Assembly (NCBI RefSeq): GCF_009834535.1
Contig: NC_045697.1
Location: 21,268,001 to 21,332,000, forward strand
From: Camelus ferus
Taxonomy: Eukaryota
DNA length: 64,000 nt
Direction of reading: 5' to 3'
Below are positions 11,054-23,157 of this stretch, piece by piece; within the stretch, counting starts at the first letter, position 1; the number at the start of each line of letters is the position of its first letter. The notes below the pieces were generated by a model. That model made no database searches and was not told the DNA's origin. It saw nothing but the letters and a program-made list of their open reading frames with translations. The position numbers and the translations under genes were made by a program.

Positions 11054-13218
11054 CAGGGATACCTTGTTTCATCTTGCTTTCCTTTATCGCGTTTCACAGA
11101 TACCGTGTTTTTTACGAATTGAAGGTATGTGGCGACCCTCTGTTGAGCAAGTCTACTGGTACATTTCCAGCAGCGCTTGCTATGTTAGTGTCTGTGTCAC
11201 TTTCTGATAACTCTTGCAATTACTTAAACTTTTTCATCATTATTATAATTGTTATGGTAATCTGTGATCAGTGACCTCTGATGTTACATTGTGATTGTTT
11301 TGGGGCACCACAAACTGTGCCCATATAACACGGTGAACTTAACCCTTATATGTTGTGTGTGTTCTGACTGCTCCACTGACCGGCCAATTCCCCTGTTTCT
11401 CGTCAGGCTTCCCTATTTCTTGAGAAACAACATTAAAATTAGGCCTTTAACAACCCTACAATACCGCCAAGTGTAAAGGGAAATGAAGAGTGGCAAGTCT
11501 CTCACTTTAAATAAAAAACTGGAAATGATTAAGGTCAATGAGGAAGGGATGTTGAAAATCAAGACAGGCCAAAAGTTAGGCCTCTTGCACCAAACAGTTA
11601 GCCAAGCTGTGAAAGCAAAAGAAAAGTCCTTGAAGAAAATTAAAAGTGCTACTCCATTGAGCACAACAATGCTTAGAAAGTGAAACAGTCTTATTGCCAA
11701 TGTGGATAAAGTTTTAGTGGTTTAGATAAAAAATCAAACCAACCACCGCATTCTCTTAAGCCAACCCTAATTCAAAGCAAGGGCCTAACTCTCTTCAGTT
11801 TTATGAAGGCTCAGAGAGGTGAGGAAGCAGCAGGAGAAAAGCTGGACTCTAACAGAAGTTGTTTCATGAGGTTCAGGAAAAGAAGCCATCTCCATAATCT
11901 AAGAGCTGAAGCAACAAGTGCTGGTGTAGAAGCTGCAGCAAATTATCAAGAAGCTCTAGCTGAGATAATTAATGAAGCTGGCTACATAAACGACAGGTTT
12001 TCAATGTAGGTAAAACATCTTTCTATTGGAAGAAGATTCCATCTAGGACTTACATAGCTAGAGAGGAGAAGTCAATGCCTGACTTCAAAGCTTTAAAGGA
12101 CAGGCAATCGCTCTTGTTAGGAGCTAATGCAGGTGGTGACTTTAAAGTAAAGCCAACACTCATTCACTATACTGAAAGTCCTAGGACCCTCAAAAATTAT
12201 GCTAAATCTACTCTGCTGTGTTCCTAAAATGTAACAACAAGGCCTGTATGACAGCATATCTGTTTACAACATGGTTAACTGAAATATTTTAAGCCCACTG
12301 TTGAGACCTACTACCAGAAAATCAAGTACCTTCCAAAATATTACTGCTGGTTGACAATGCAGCCAGTCACGCAGCAGCTCTGATGGAGAGCTGCAGGATT
12401 AATGTTGTTTTCATGCCTGCTAACACAATATCCATTCTGTAGTCCATGGATCAAGGAGTAACTTTGATTTCCAAGTCCTATTATTTAAGAAATACATTAT
12501 GTAATGCTATATATGTCATAGATAGTGATTCTTCTGATGAATTTGGGCAAAGTCAATCGAAAACTGGAAGTGACTGATCATTCTAGATGTCATAAAAAAC
12601 TCACAATTTGTGGGAAGAGGTCAAGATATCAATATTAACAAGAGTTTTTAGAGGTTGATCCCAATCCTGATGGATGACTTTGAGGGGTTCAGTATTAATG
12701 TTGAAGAAGTAACTAGATGTGGTAGAAATAGCAAGAGCACTAGACTTAGAAATGGGGCCTGAAGATGTGATGGGATTGCTGCAATCTCATGATAAAACTT
12801 TCGTAAGTGAGGAGTTGCTTCTCATGGATGAACAAAGGAAGTGTTTTCTTTAGAGGAAATCTACTCCTGGTGATTAGAAACAAGTTCTACTATGGGTACA
12901 ATGCTATCAAACACCACTGCATGCAAGAGAAATCATTTGCGGAAGGAAGAGTCAATCAATGCAGCAAACTTTTTGTCTTGTTTTAAGAAATTGTGAGGAA
13001 AGACTGCTGCTATGTCGTGTGTACCTTCTATGGTGGGTGTCACTCCAGGACTTTTTGCTTGTGAATGTTTCATCATAAACCTTTGGCAAGAACCTCCTGC
13101 CCATTGGTCTTCAAGATTGGACCTGAGGCAGCATGGTAGCCTCATTCAGCCCCACCTAGAGGACTGAGGAAATAAGGCACAAATGGACAGAACATGCAAT
13201 ATTTCCAAGGTCTGCCTA
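11054..13218 (+). mobile_element. Tigger1 (TcMar/pogo-like DNA transposon), near full length and decayed
   Basis: 5' TIR cagggataccttg, 3' TIR gcaatatttccaaggtctgcct followed by TA. Transposase fragments [21 protein letters not shown]...[12 protein letters not shown] and MKAQRGEEAAGEKLDSNRSCFMRFRKRSHLHN; DDE-domain DNA ttactgctggttgacaatgc. Confidence 0.95.
11483..12993 (+). pseudogene. Tigger1 transposase pseudogene (CENP-B-like HTH plus DDE), multiple stops and frameshifts
   Basis: ORF track 11483..11683 and 11803..12009 are recognisable Tigger1 transposase pieces. Confidence 0.9.
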
Positions 13219-14417
13219 TATGCTCCCTATGTTTTACACACACTCTATATACTGTGGAAAAAGAACAACAGACAACATTACCACTTGCTCAGTTTCTTTA
13301 GGAAACTTTACCCTATAGATACCTGGTATTAATAGTATTTTAAGTTTAGTAGCCTCTTTAAAGTTACAGTATATAAAAAAGGACAGTATATATTACAAAA
13401 GACATCATATAAACAAACACAAGCTGTAAGCTAGGAGTAGCTCTAATAAATAGACTATAACTGTATCCAGCTGAAAGCAGATGTCAGAAGTCCTGAGTAT
13501 AAATTCTTTCTTTTATCTTATTAACTATGTGATATCAAACATTCAGAAATAGTTTCCTAAAAACAAGTGGCCTAACACACGTGCACACAAACACACGCAC
13601 ACACACACACAAACCCCACAAACTTATAACCATACAAATGTATAAGCGTAGGTTAAACTGTAAATCTTTCACTAACATAAAAAGAGGTAATTCTACACTA
13701 TAAATAGTCTACAACTTGGAGATATAGCTTAAAAACCAAAAAGGTGAATTTCTACAGATATACCAAAAACTCTAATAAGTGAAATCAAAATCATCTACAA
13801 AAATTCCCTATTATAAAAAATTATGAAGTTGACCTAAACTAATTAAACAGTATAATAACTAGATGCATTGATAATCCACAGTTCATTAGCACTACAGAGA
13901 TATGTTATCTATAACTGAACTTAAATTTCAGGTTTTGTTTACAATCTGATAGTCATAATCAATGATTAGAATAGACAAAACCAATAATTCCATGAAATCA
14001 TAAATATGCTGCTGGGTTTTAAAAGCACAGACATGTAACTAAATTAAATACAATTTTATAAGCTGGATTTAAAACACTTTCTTTTCTTTCATAATCAGTG
14101 ACTTCAAAGTTAATGAAGTGTAAGTACCCTAATGGAGCAACCTGCATGTTTTCCAGTTATGTTTGGTGTTTTGTAGAGCACAATTTGCATTTATTTATAT
14201 TATTCATTTACATTGTATTTATCCTAAAAAAGAAAGAAAAAAAAGCAATTTTCATGGTTGTTAAGATCTACTTTAAAAATAAGAAGACATAGGGGGTCCT
14301 TACATACAAGCACATGTATCATGGAGAGAGAATGAGAGGAGGGAGGGAGAAAGAGAGAGGAAAACTAGAAGAGAGGAGAGGTAATAGATGCGGAGCAAAA
14401 CCAACAGTTTGTCTCTC

Positions 14418-14440
14418 CACACACACACACACACACACAC
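14418..14440. repeat. (CA)n microsatellite
   Basis: Directly visible. Confidence 0.9.
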
Positions 14441-16664
14441 GTATAGTATGTTTATAGGAATTAACGCTCTCAAGGTTCTTAATATGAGAATCTAGTGGAG
14501 GGAAAAATAGACTTTTTTCTGGAAGATCAAGTATGCAGCTTTACATTTACAAGTTTACCTACAAAAGAGTAGAAAAAACACATACATGTTTAGACAAGAT
14601 TGAAATCACTGAAGACCCTTTTTCTTTGGCATTAATGACTATTGAGAGCTTTAAAAATGAATATACATTTACATACTTATATTCAAAGCAAAGTTAATAT
14701 ATATAAATTATATCATTAGCAATATTTATTAATGTCAGACTAAACAGAACCTACGTGTCACTATCTAATATCCATATTTGATGACTTTTGAGATGAATGG
14801 CACCATGGAGACTACATATTAGGAATAAAATTATTGCTAATTATTTCAAGTATGACTCTCACTTGCTTAGCATAATTAATGATCTTATAATCAAAAATTT
14901 AAACTTTTTCAGAAAATATGTATCACATTTTGCTTTTTATATGTATGTATGGCATTGAGCAAAATGTACCACAAGTCTGAACTCAACTTAGTTTCCTGTG
15001 ACTTCCTCTAGATAATCCCAAACTCAAAAAAATACTAGGGTAATGTATCCTACAAAGCAATATCTGCCAAAATACAAGGGTGTATAGAACTACCCTTCTT
15101 TTCCTCACCTCACTTTCTAGTCTGCCCTCATGTAGTAACTCAACTAATTCTTTTCTCAGTTGAGCAGCTATTTTCTCTAATCTGTTGTCATATAATTATC
15201 TAGATACATTATTCCTTTGTACTTTCAGATATGAAAAATTTATGTTAAAATAATTACTGAAGCTGTATTACCCTCTTTTGCTCTATTGAGTAAACACACC
15301 TCTATTTTTACAATCTTATATACTTACAAATATTTGACTTTAATAGGATGTAAATTCTTTAATTTTTCTTTCTTATCTACTTGGCTTTTATAGACTTTTG
15401 CACTGACTTAAAAAAAAAAGATTTAAGAAGAGGTACATAAAGTTGTGATTCTCTGTATTGTATGTCTCTTTCTTTCTATTTAATTCTCTCTCTCTCTCGA
15501 TATATATATGTATAAAATATTCTAAACTGATAAATAATCTTTTTCTTTTTTATTTAGTGATTCCATCCAAGGTTTTTCCTAACACATAAAACATAATCTA
15601 GGATAGATTATTAGTGAATTAATGTAGGGGTTGTAAGGTATTTTCTGCATGACCTAAGATGTGAGTCAAGATATCCAGATTCTTGAAAAGTCATATCCCC
15701 TAGTTATATGGCTTTATATAGATCAATTAACCTCCTTGAAGCTCAAATTTCTTCATAGGTTATGCTGGCAAATAATAAGAAAAAAAAAGAAAAGTGGGAG
15801 AAAACAGAGGGAGGTGACAAGGATCTTGTCACTTGCACCACACCAACCTTTCCAAAACATTCAGTGGTGGTGATTTTAGAAGTAAACATAACCATAATCA
15901 TGTTTAAAATTCTGCTTTTTGACAAGTGCTGTGCTAATTATTTCTTCAAGTTCTCACCGTGGATCTGATTTAGAAGCCGTTGTCACTGACAGAGGAGAAA
16001 ACAATAGCTTATTAAAATTGTTATATTATTATTTATGTATCAGATTTTGCACATCAGTATCAGATGTAAAATGAAATGGACACTTATGATGGAAATATCT
16101 TATTTTTATTTCTTCATTGGAAATGGTACACAATGAGAAAATCCCTCTTCCCCCCCAACCCCACCACCACTTACTGCATTTATTAGCAATGCATTTTTCT
16201 TTCCATTTTTTTTCCCCTCACAGGGGAAGCCTGCTGCTAAGGAAAGAATACAGACATTTGCTCTCAGACAAATAAGAGTGACAATTCTGTCTGCATAATG
16301 ATTAGCTCTGAGGACTTAGAGATGTTAACTAAGCTCAGGGAGCTATGATCTCTGGCTCTGAAAAATGGGATCAAAGATGCTGACTTTGTGTACTTTATAT
16401 GAGGCTGAAAATAATCCATGTGATGATTACAGTGTAAGGAGCACTGTAAATGCAACAGATATCACTTTTATGAAAACTTTTCATGTCTACATGCTGAACA
16501 GTCCAGACTAAATTCCAGCTCTATTGGAATCCCTTACATGTTTTAGTTCTTGATGGAAGAATCAGAGATGGAAAGAGACAGTATATTCCCAAAGATGAAA
16601 TTTGGATAAAAGTAATTATCTGCCAGAGATATGAAAGTGTATGCACTCTAAAATATGGGATTAA

Positions 16665-16915
16665 ACCTTGAGACAAATGACATTGAAAACACAACCACAC
16701 AAAATCTATGGGATGCAGCAAAAGCAGTCTTAAGAGGGAAGTTCATAGCAATACAGGCCTTCTTCAAAAAACAAGAAAAATCTCAAACAACCTAACCTAA
16801 AACCTAAAAGAATTAGAGAAAGAATAATAAACAAAACCTGATGTCAGTGTAAGGAAGGAAATAACAAAGATCAGAGATTAAAAAAAAACAACAACAACAA
16901 TAGAAGAAAATTAAA
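16665..16915 (+). mobile_element. Isolated internal LINE-1 ORF2 fragment (just downstream of the endonuclease domain)
   Basis: Encodes [40 protein letters not shown]; no 3'UTR; flanked by a diverged direct repeat at 16651-16668/16913-16931. Confidence 0.9.
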
Positions 16916-18847
16916 TGTGGGACTAAAACCTCTAATCTCTGGCAAAAAAAAAAATCATAAAAGATTGGTGTGATTGGGTTTCTCGAAGAACTAAATATGA
17001 ATGAGGTCTGTATCAGGTTCTAGTTTGAGTGGGCTGAGACAGAGTCAACTTGTAACCAGAAAGGACAGCAGATATCAATGTTTTCCTTCAGCAACTGAGT
17101 AACAATTGTACTGTCTTCAGACTTAACAACTCTAGAAACGTACTCATTGTTATAAGTCTGACTATCAAAAATTAGTTCAATTCTTTAACTCATGGCTCAG
17201 AAAATCATGTGTGCCCGTTTCAAGACAGGGCACGTACTATGTATTTGGGATGGGTAAACTTTATTTTCTTTTTTGTGCTATTCTGAAAAAGCAACGAATG
17301 CAGAGATTTCTTTTCATTCTAGCCTTGCAGATTACATGATGATATTCTCTGAGGCCAGAGTATGGCAATCCCAATATGTGGAATAGCCATCCTACACAGA
17401 AAACTAGCTAGTTGCAGCATTTAGTGACAAGCTGTATAACACTACAATCACAGTGTAGACAACAATGACATCAGAATCAACACTTTCTAACCTACTGGAC
17501 CACTATGATCCTGATCTTTTTTGGATTGCAATTATATTTCAATATTAATGCATTTTTTATATTCAAATGAAAACAAAAATAAAATCAGTGTCAAGACTTA
17601 TTTTATGTCACTTGATTTTTTTAAGTGTTCATTTTTTTTTAAGGATGATCATAGTGTAAAGCATACACTTAGAGCTGGTGTATTTAGCTAAGAATATGCA
17701 GAGTACATAGATCGTGACCTGCTGAATAAGGAGTCACAAGCCACCCACACAGGGGTGGGAATAAGGGTGGGCATTAGAATGAGCGCCTACTTTGGAGAGA
17801 TGAAAACCCTGGGGCTTGTTTTGATCAAACGTGCAGTTTCAATGTACTCACACAAGGGAAGTAAAGTCATAAATGTATTACCTACAGATCCCAAATTGAG
17901 GGGGTACAATGAGTCAGGGGAAGGTAGCCCATCTTTCATCAACAGGGAGCAGGAAATAGACAGTACCCACCTATTACTTACAAGGCAGGTGGGGTGGAGT
18001 TTACTAACATTTTGAGGGCTCAACAAGTTGCCATTTTATTATATGGTGCTCCACGAAAAGCAAGGAGGGAACTCATGGCAGACTCTTAAGCTCAGGTCCT
18101 TCTCTAAATGTCCACACTCTGCGCATGAGCAGAGTTGTCATACTGTAAAACGCCTAGGCAGCAACTCAGACAATGGTTTTCTCATCACAGAAGCATCACA
18201 AGGCAACAACCCTAGAGAAAACTGACGATTTACTCTTTACCTCTCACTTTTTTTTGAATCCCCCTTTTTTAAAGAATTACTTTTAGGAGGAATGTCCTGC
18301 ATGCTCAATCCATGTGTCTTGATGAAATCTCTATTACTGTTACATTTCTAGTCCTAAAACATAAGTGTTGGAAACTGTTGGGAAAGGGTTGTTGCATTTA
18401 AATGGAGTTGTTTGATTTTTTTTTTCCTACTAAATATATTCACGGTTATTATCGGATAATTGATTGTAATATCTATCTATAAAATATTCCAATAAATATT
18501 ACATGTAATTTTCTATGATTTCCTAAGATGCAGCCACATGCTAACTTATTAAGCAGAAATTTATAAAATCTACTTATAAAGATGAGAAAAAATGATTGTT
18601 CTCAGTATATTTCACAAAGATGATACAAGAATTAATAATTTAATGATTATGTGTCAACTAACTATGTGTTGGAGATAATAGGGTATTTTCTTCTCTTTAG
18701 ATCTTTAACTGAACATCAAGACCTGTCATTTGAGTTCTTACCGATGAAGGTAATCAGCTAATGCACCTCTACTTCCTTTTTTTCTATTTCTTGTTACATC
18801 TCAAATCCCAATTATTGCCAATCAGGAGAGGTGTTGTTCTGGTATTC

Positions 18848-18848
<1 letters not shown>

Positions 18849-18885
<37 letters not shown>
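18849..18885. repeat. (CTAT)n / (GATA)n tetranucleotide microsatellite
   Basis: Directly visible. Confidence 0.95.
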
Positions 18886-19119
18886 CTACTCTGGCAAATT
18901 AAAATTAAATTTTTTTAATTAATTTTTTTTAAATTAAGAGTTTAGAAAGTTGAAACAAAAATACCCAGTCTATTAGAGGTCAGGTCCAAATGTTTAATGA
19001 GTGTAAGTAAAATTCTTTTCAGTCATATTACATTTACAGGTTAGTTAATGGGTGTGTGTAAGCCTGGTTTTATCTGCAGATGGGGTATTAGAATTATTTA
19101 AAGTGATCGACAAGTATTG

Positions 19120-19580
19120 TTTCCCTATAAAATACAATTTATATGAGTGTATACACAGTTGTCTGGACAATGTGAAGGAAAAGCAACACTGCTTTTGACT
19201 TCACATATGAAATCCTCAAATGCAGAGCAGACAAGCTGTAGGCTGAGGTGAGTGCTGTCAGGGTGGACCTGAGTCAATAGCAAGCAATCCTGCAGGAAGG
19301 AGCACCTGAACGTACATTTCGCTAGAGTAACAGTAGATACGTGGCACATTGATTTATGGCAGCGCCATGTACACAAAGAAAATAAACAAGATTTTTATGT
19401 CAAAGCACAACTTGAAATCATATTCCCTGATCACCGTCCTGCTATATGTTTTACTGAGCATGTATATACAACTTCTGACAGCGGGGGGTCTACCATATTT
19501 AATATGAGTATGTTCTTGACAGAGCACGTGAGACTTGATTCATTTCTGAGTTCTCCATTACCAACTCTGACAGCTTTACA
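19120..19580. promoter_or_regulatory. Candidate enhancer: PBX-HOX, 4x MEIS/TALE, AP-1 and E-box motif cluster
   Basis: TGATTTATGG 19350-19359; TGACAG/CTGTCA at 19255, 19476, 19517, 19568; TGAGTCA 19270; CACGTG 19525. Confidence 0.4.
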
Positions 19581-21589
19581 GCTCCACTGGGAAATGAAGT
19601 GTAACAGGTTACTAAGCAACTCTGCAGCTTTTTGAAAGTATGTCTTGGAACTCACTTGTTTCTCCTAATTGATTCCATCCACGTCATTTTGAACATAAAT
19701 GGGCCATCATGTTTAGAAATACGCTGGATTGCTACTTCCAGCTAACATGCTTGCTACCTCTGCATATCTAAATCAAGGACTGGCATATAAATGTCATATT
19801 CAAAGCAAATTTTTATCTTCCTCTTGAGTTGCATTGAAAAATATGTATAAATATACATATTTTTTGGCAGTTCAAGTTAGTGTCTGAAGTTATCTGCACA
19901 ATGTCAGAAAATAACACAAAAGACTCAAGAGTGATTCTCTCTCCTTTTTTTTTTTTTTTTGACTTTTACAGAGAATAAAGGTTTAATTAGCCAGTCAGGC
20001 TTACCTCCTTGTCCATCCTCACAATATAATACATCAGAATTAATAGCAAATCTGTCTCACAGCATGGCTGCCATGTTGACATTTCTGCGGTTGCCAAATC
20101 TTTGAACAAGATAGTATCTCATCCAGCATTGAAATATTAGTAATAAATGCCTCCAACATATCACATTTCATGAGGAGCAAATTAGGATTTTAATATCTTT
20201 GACCTATCTTTCCCTTATATCCGAGTAAACGATAAAATGATACAAACATTTTATATTCAGTGTATTTTCTCAAAGACTCATTCACTCTCCACTCACAATG
20301 TTAGAGTAGTGAACAATTTAGTTACTAACTCTGTGTACGTAGACTATTTTGTAATTTAATGACTGTCGAAAATGTAGGAGAAACTGATAGATTTTTTAAA
20401 ATTCTGGATATTTGTACTCAGTGTTTGCTTTGGAATTGTTTAATTATTTCCTCTTTACTTAAAATGTGACCATTTACAGAATCCTTTATAAGAATCACTT
20501 CACAAGTAGTCACTTTAAAACAACTGCTGATATAAAAAGTATGTTTAATTATTCAATTAACTGGAAGAATCATAGTAATATATAATATATATAGTAAGAT
20601 ATATATGCCATTTTAAAACTAAAAATATCTTTAGAAGTGAATTTTAATTACTGGATCAGAGTACTGTGATGGTTACCAATATTGTATGGCTTTAGTAATC
20701 ACATAGATATGTGTGTGAAAACTTAGTCATTGAACAAAAAATGTGACAGTTAATAAAATAAGATATGCAAAAGCATGTGTGGTAACAAACGTAGTAAACT
20801 CAGCTGATAAAGTGTCTTAGCCAACAATTCTTTCCTACTGGAAACAAGTCTAATAATTGTTGGACCTTTTCTGTTCTGCTGCTAGTTAGGAAGAACTGAA
20901 CAGAAAATATCAACCCTGATACCTGATATTTTGAATGAAAGCTGATGAAAACTGAAGGCAAAAAAAAATCACTATCAAAAACTATAAAAAAAAAAATGAC
21001 AGAATGACTACTTCCTAACACTTCCATCAATCGCTGACACTCATTAGCAGATTGTACAATCTTTGCTTTGAGCAAAGAAAAGAAAACAAAACTCATGAGT
21101 CAAAACTGCTTTTTATCCTCTGAACTAAGACTCCACCTCTCAAATATGCTATCTCCCAAAACATTCTGCAGTCTATGGTTGTTAGTAGCTTCAAGCAAGA
21201 TAAATCAATAAGGAAAGTCCCATACAACTGTATCAAATTGCAACCATAGACAGAAACAGCCTGAGGTGAATTCTAATACAACATTGGTACCTTGAAAAAA
21301 ATTTTATATTCACTATGAAAGCAGAAAAAACCTTGGATTGTCCAAATGTTTTCTCAATGTTGAAAATCATCTTTCTTCAATATATGTTCCCTAGAGGATA
21401 GATTTCAAAATTATGTTACATAATACAATGTTACAAAAATATAAGCCTGAATCCAAAGACAGAGGGCATAAATTAAAATCAAATATAAATCTGGCTATTT
21501 TAGGAATTAAATTAAGAATTGCATCTCAATGAAATCAATTCCAGATTGTTTCATTTTGACCTTTTAGATATTTTACAGTAAAGGCTGCT

Positions 21590-22040
21590 CTTTTCTGTTT
21601 TCTTATGATAAAAGCAATTAATGCTTATTGCAAAAATTTTAGAAAATGCAAATAGCAAAAAAAGAAAATAAATAGAGAAAAGCAAATAGCCTCCAATTGG
21701 GTAACCAATGTTGACATTTTACTGCATATAATTCTCATCTCTTTTTCTTTTCTTATGCATATTCACATATATAAATATAAATATATATATATCCAGAAAA
21801 ATAAGACTAAACATGACATTCTCTTTGCATCATTGTTTGCTTTTAATTAATAATGAATAGAACACAATTTTATACGCTATTAAGTATTTTTCGGATGCAT
21901 CATATTAAATAACTGCTTTGTATGGATTTGAAGTATTTTATTAAATCAGCCTCATTCCCTTGCGTATTCCTTGTATACTCACTTACTTGGATAATTTTGA
22001 GGTTTTCATCCATTAAATAAAATACTGTGCTGTCGTTTCT
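21590..22040 (-). mobile_element. Ancient L1ME-type 3' end
   Basis: atgcttattgcaaaaattttagaaaatgca...taaccaatgttgacatttt...tgtatggat...ttattaaatcagcctc...ggataattttgaggtttt. Confidence 0.55.
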
Positions 22041-23037
22041 TTATTATATTTATAGATTTTTTTGAAGTTTTCTACACTAGAGCGTCTGAATCTCATTGAA
22101 ATAAAAACAAAAGAAATTAACAAAAACACTTTAGAAATGAATTTATACTCAAACTCCAGAAAAGACATGAAAAAGCAGTTTGCATCTACAGGTCCAAATA
22201 GCTGAGAGGAAAAGTAAATCTCTCTCAATTTTCTCAACATTGGAAAGGAGAACTAGTAGAAAGTTTAGAGGAAAAAAAAATAAAGGCATTATTAATTTAC
22301 AAAATACATAAGTCAGAGCAATTTTTTTAAGCATTTATGAATTGCTAATGGTGAATGAGACAATAAAGACAGCAGAGAAACTAGAACCTAACTTTATGTC
22401 AATAATAATGTGGTATTTGGAAGACCAAATGATGTGAATTTGAAACTGGAAGGCTGATAATATGATACAAATGTAATGGCATAATAAGTCAAAGGAGAAA
22501 GTAATGAAAGTTAGTCAGAGCAGGCAGGGAAAATTCAGAAACAAAAGGCAGCACTGGAACTTGAATGTGAAAGAAGTTGATTTCAGATGACACTTAACAT
22601 CCATTTCTGCATACAGAGTTAACTTAGCTTATTGTTTCTTTGTCATTTTACTTTGTTCTTGCCATCATACAATTCTCTTTTTCATCAAGGATGCGCAAAA
22701 TGCGCGTAGTGTTAAAAAAATAAAAAGAGTAAACTAGATTTAGGGAGGTGTTAAGGATTCCATTGTACCATCCCACACCCTTTAATCTCTGAAAAATGTT
22801 CACACACATAATAATCAGGCCCTTCTGTAATGCATTTTCCTCAAAAAAACGTGTGAAGCAAAGGCAGTTCATGCACTGTCATTTATTAAGCCTGTTGATA
22901 GAGATGGTGAAACAAAACCTGGAAACTACTGTGACAGGCAGCTGAGGGGCTAGCATGTAAGATTGCTTCCCCAAGCTTATAGAGGAGGGTGGAATGAATC
23001 ACTAAACAGAAGAGAGATGCTGAAAGTATGAGGGAAT

Positions 23038-23157
23038 TATAAAACGGGGTGGAGGTAAGTAAAGAAGAATGATTTTATAGAAAAAGAAATAGTTATTTCT
23101 TTTTGAAATAGTTATTTCAAAGAATAGTTATTAAAGTATTTACTTTAAAAAAAAGAA
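23038..23157 (+). mobile_element. Short retroposed insert of unrecognised sequence (orphan transduction or truncated processed-transcript 3' end)
   Basis: Perfect 16-bp direct repeat GAAAGTATGAGGGAAT at 23022-23037 and 23158-23173; ATTAAA at 23130-23135; A-tail 23147-23157. Confidence 0.6.

Noticed and set aside
11483..12993. Possible domesticated TIGD1-like gene
   Set aside because: Multiple stops, frameshifts and an internal deletion near 12872; TIRs are still present, so it is an ordinary dead Tigger1.
13148..13165. CTCF-like CCTCTAGGTGGGGC (minus strand) in the Tigger filler
   Set aside because: Lacks the highly conserved C of GGC; too weak to call.
16180..16230. Strong splice acceptor (tttttttcccctcacag)
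   Set aside because: No matching donor or sustained reading frame downstream; it runs into MIR-like sequence.
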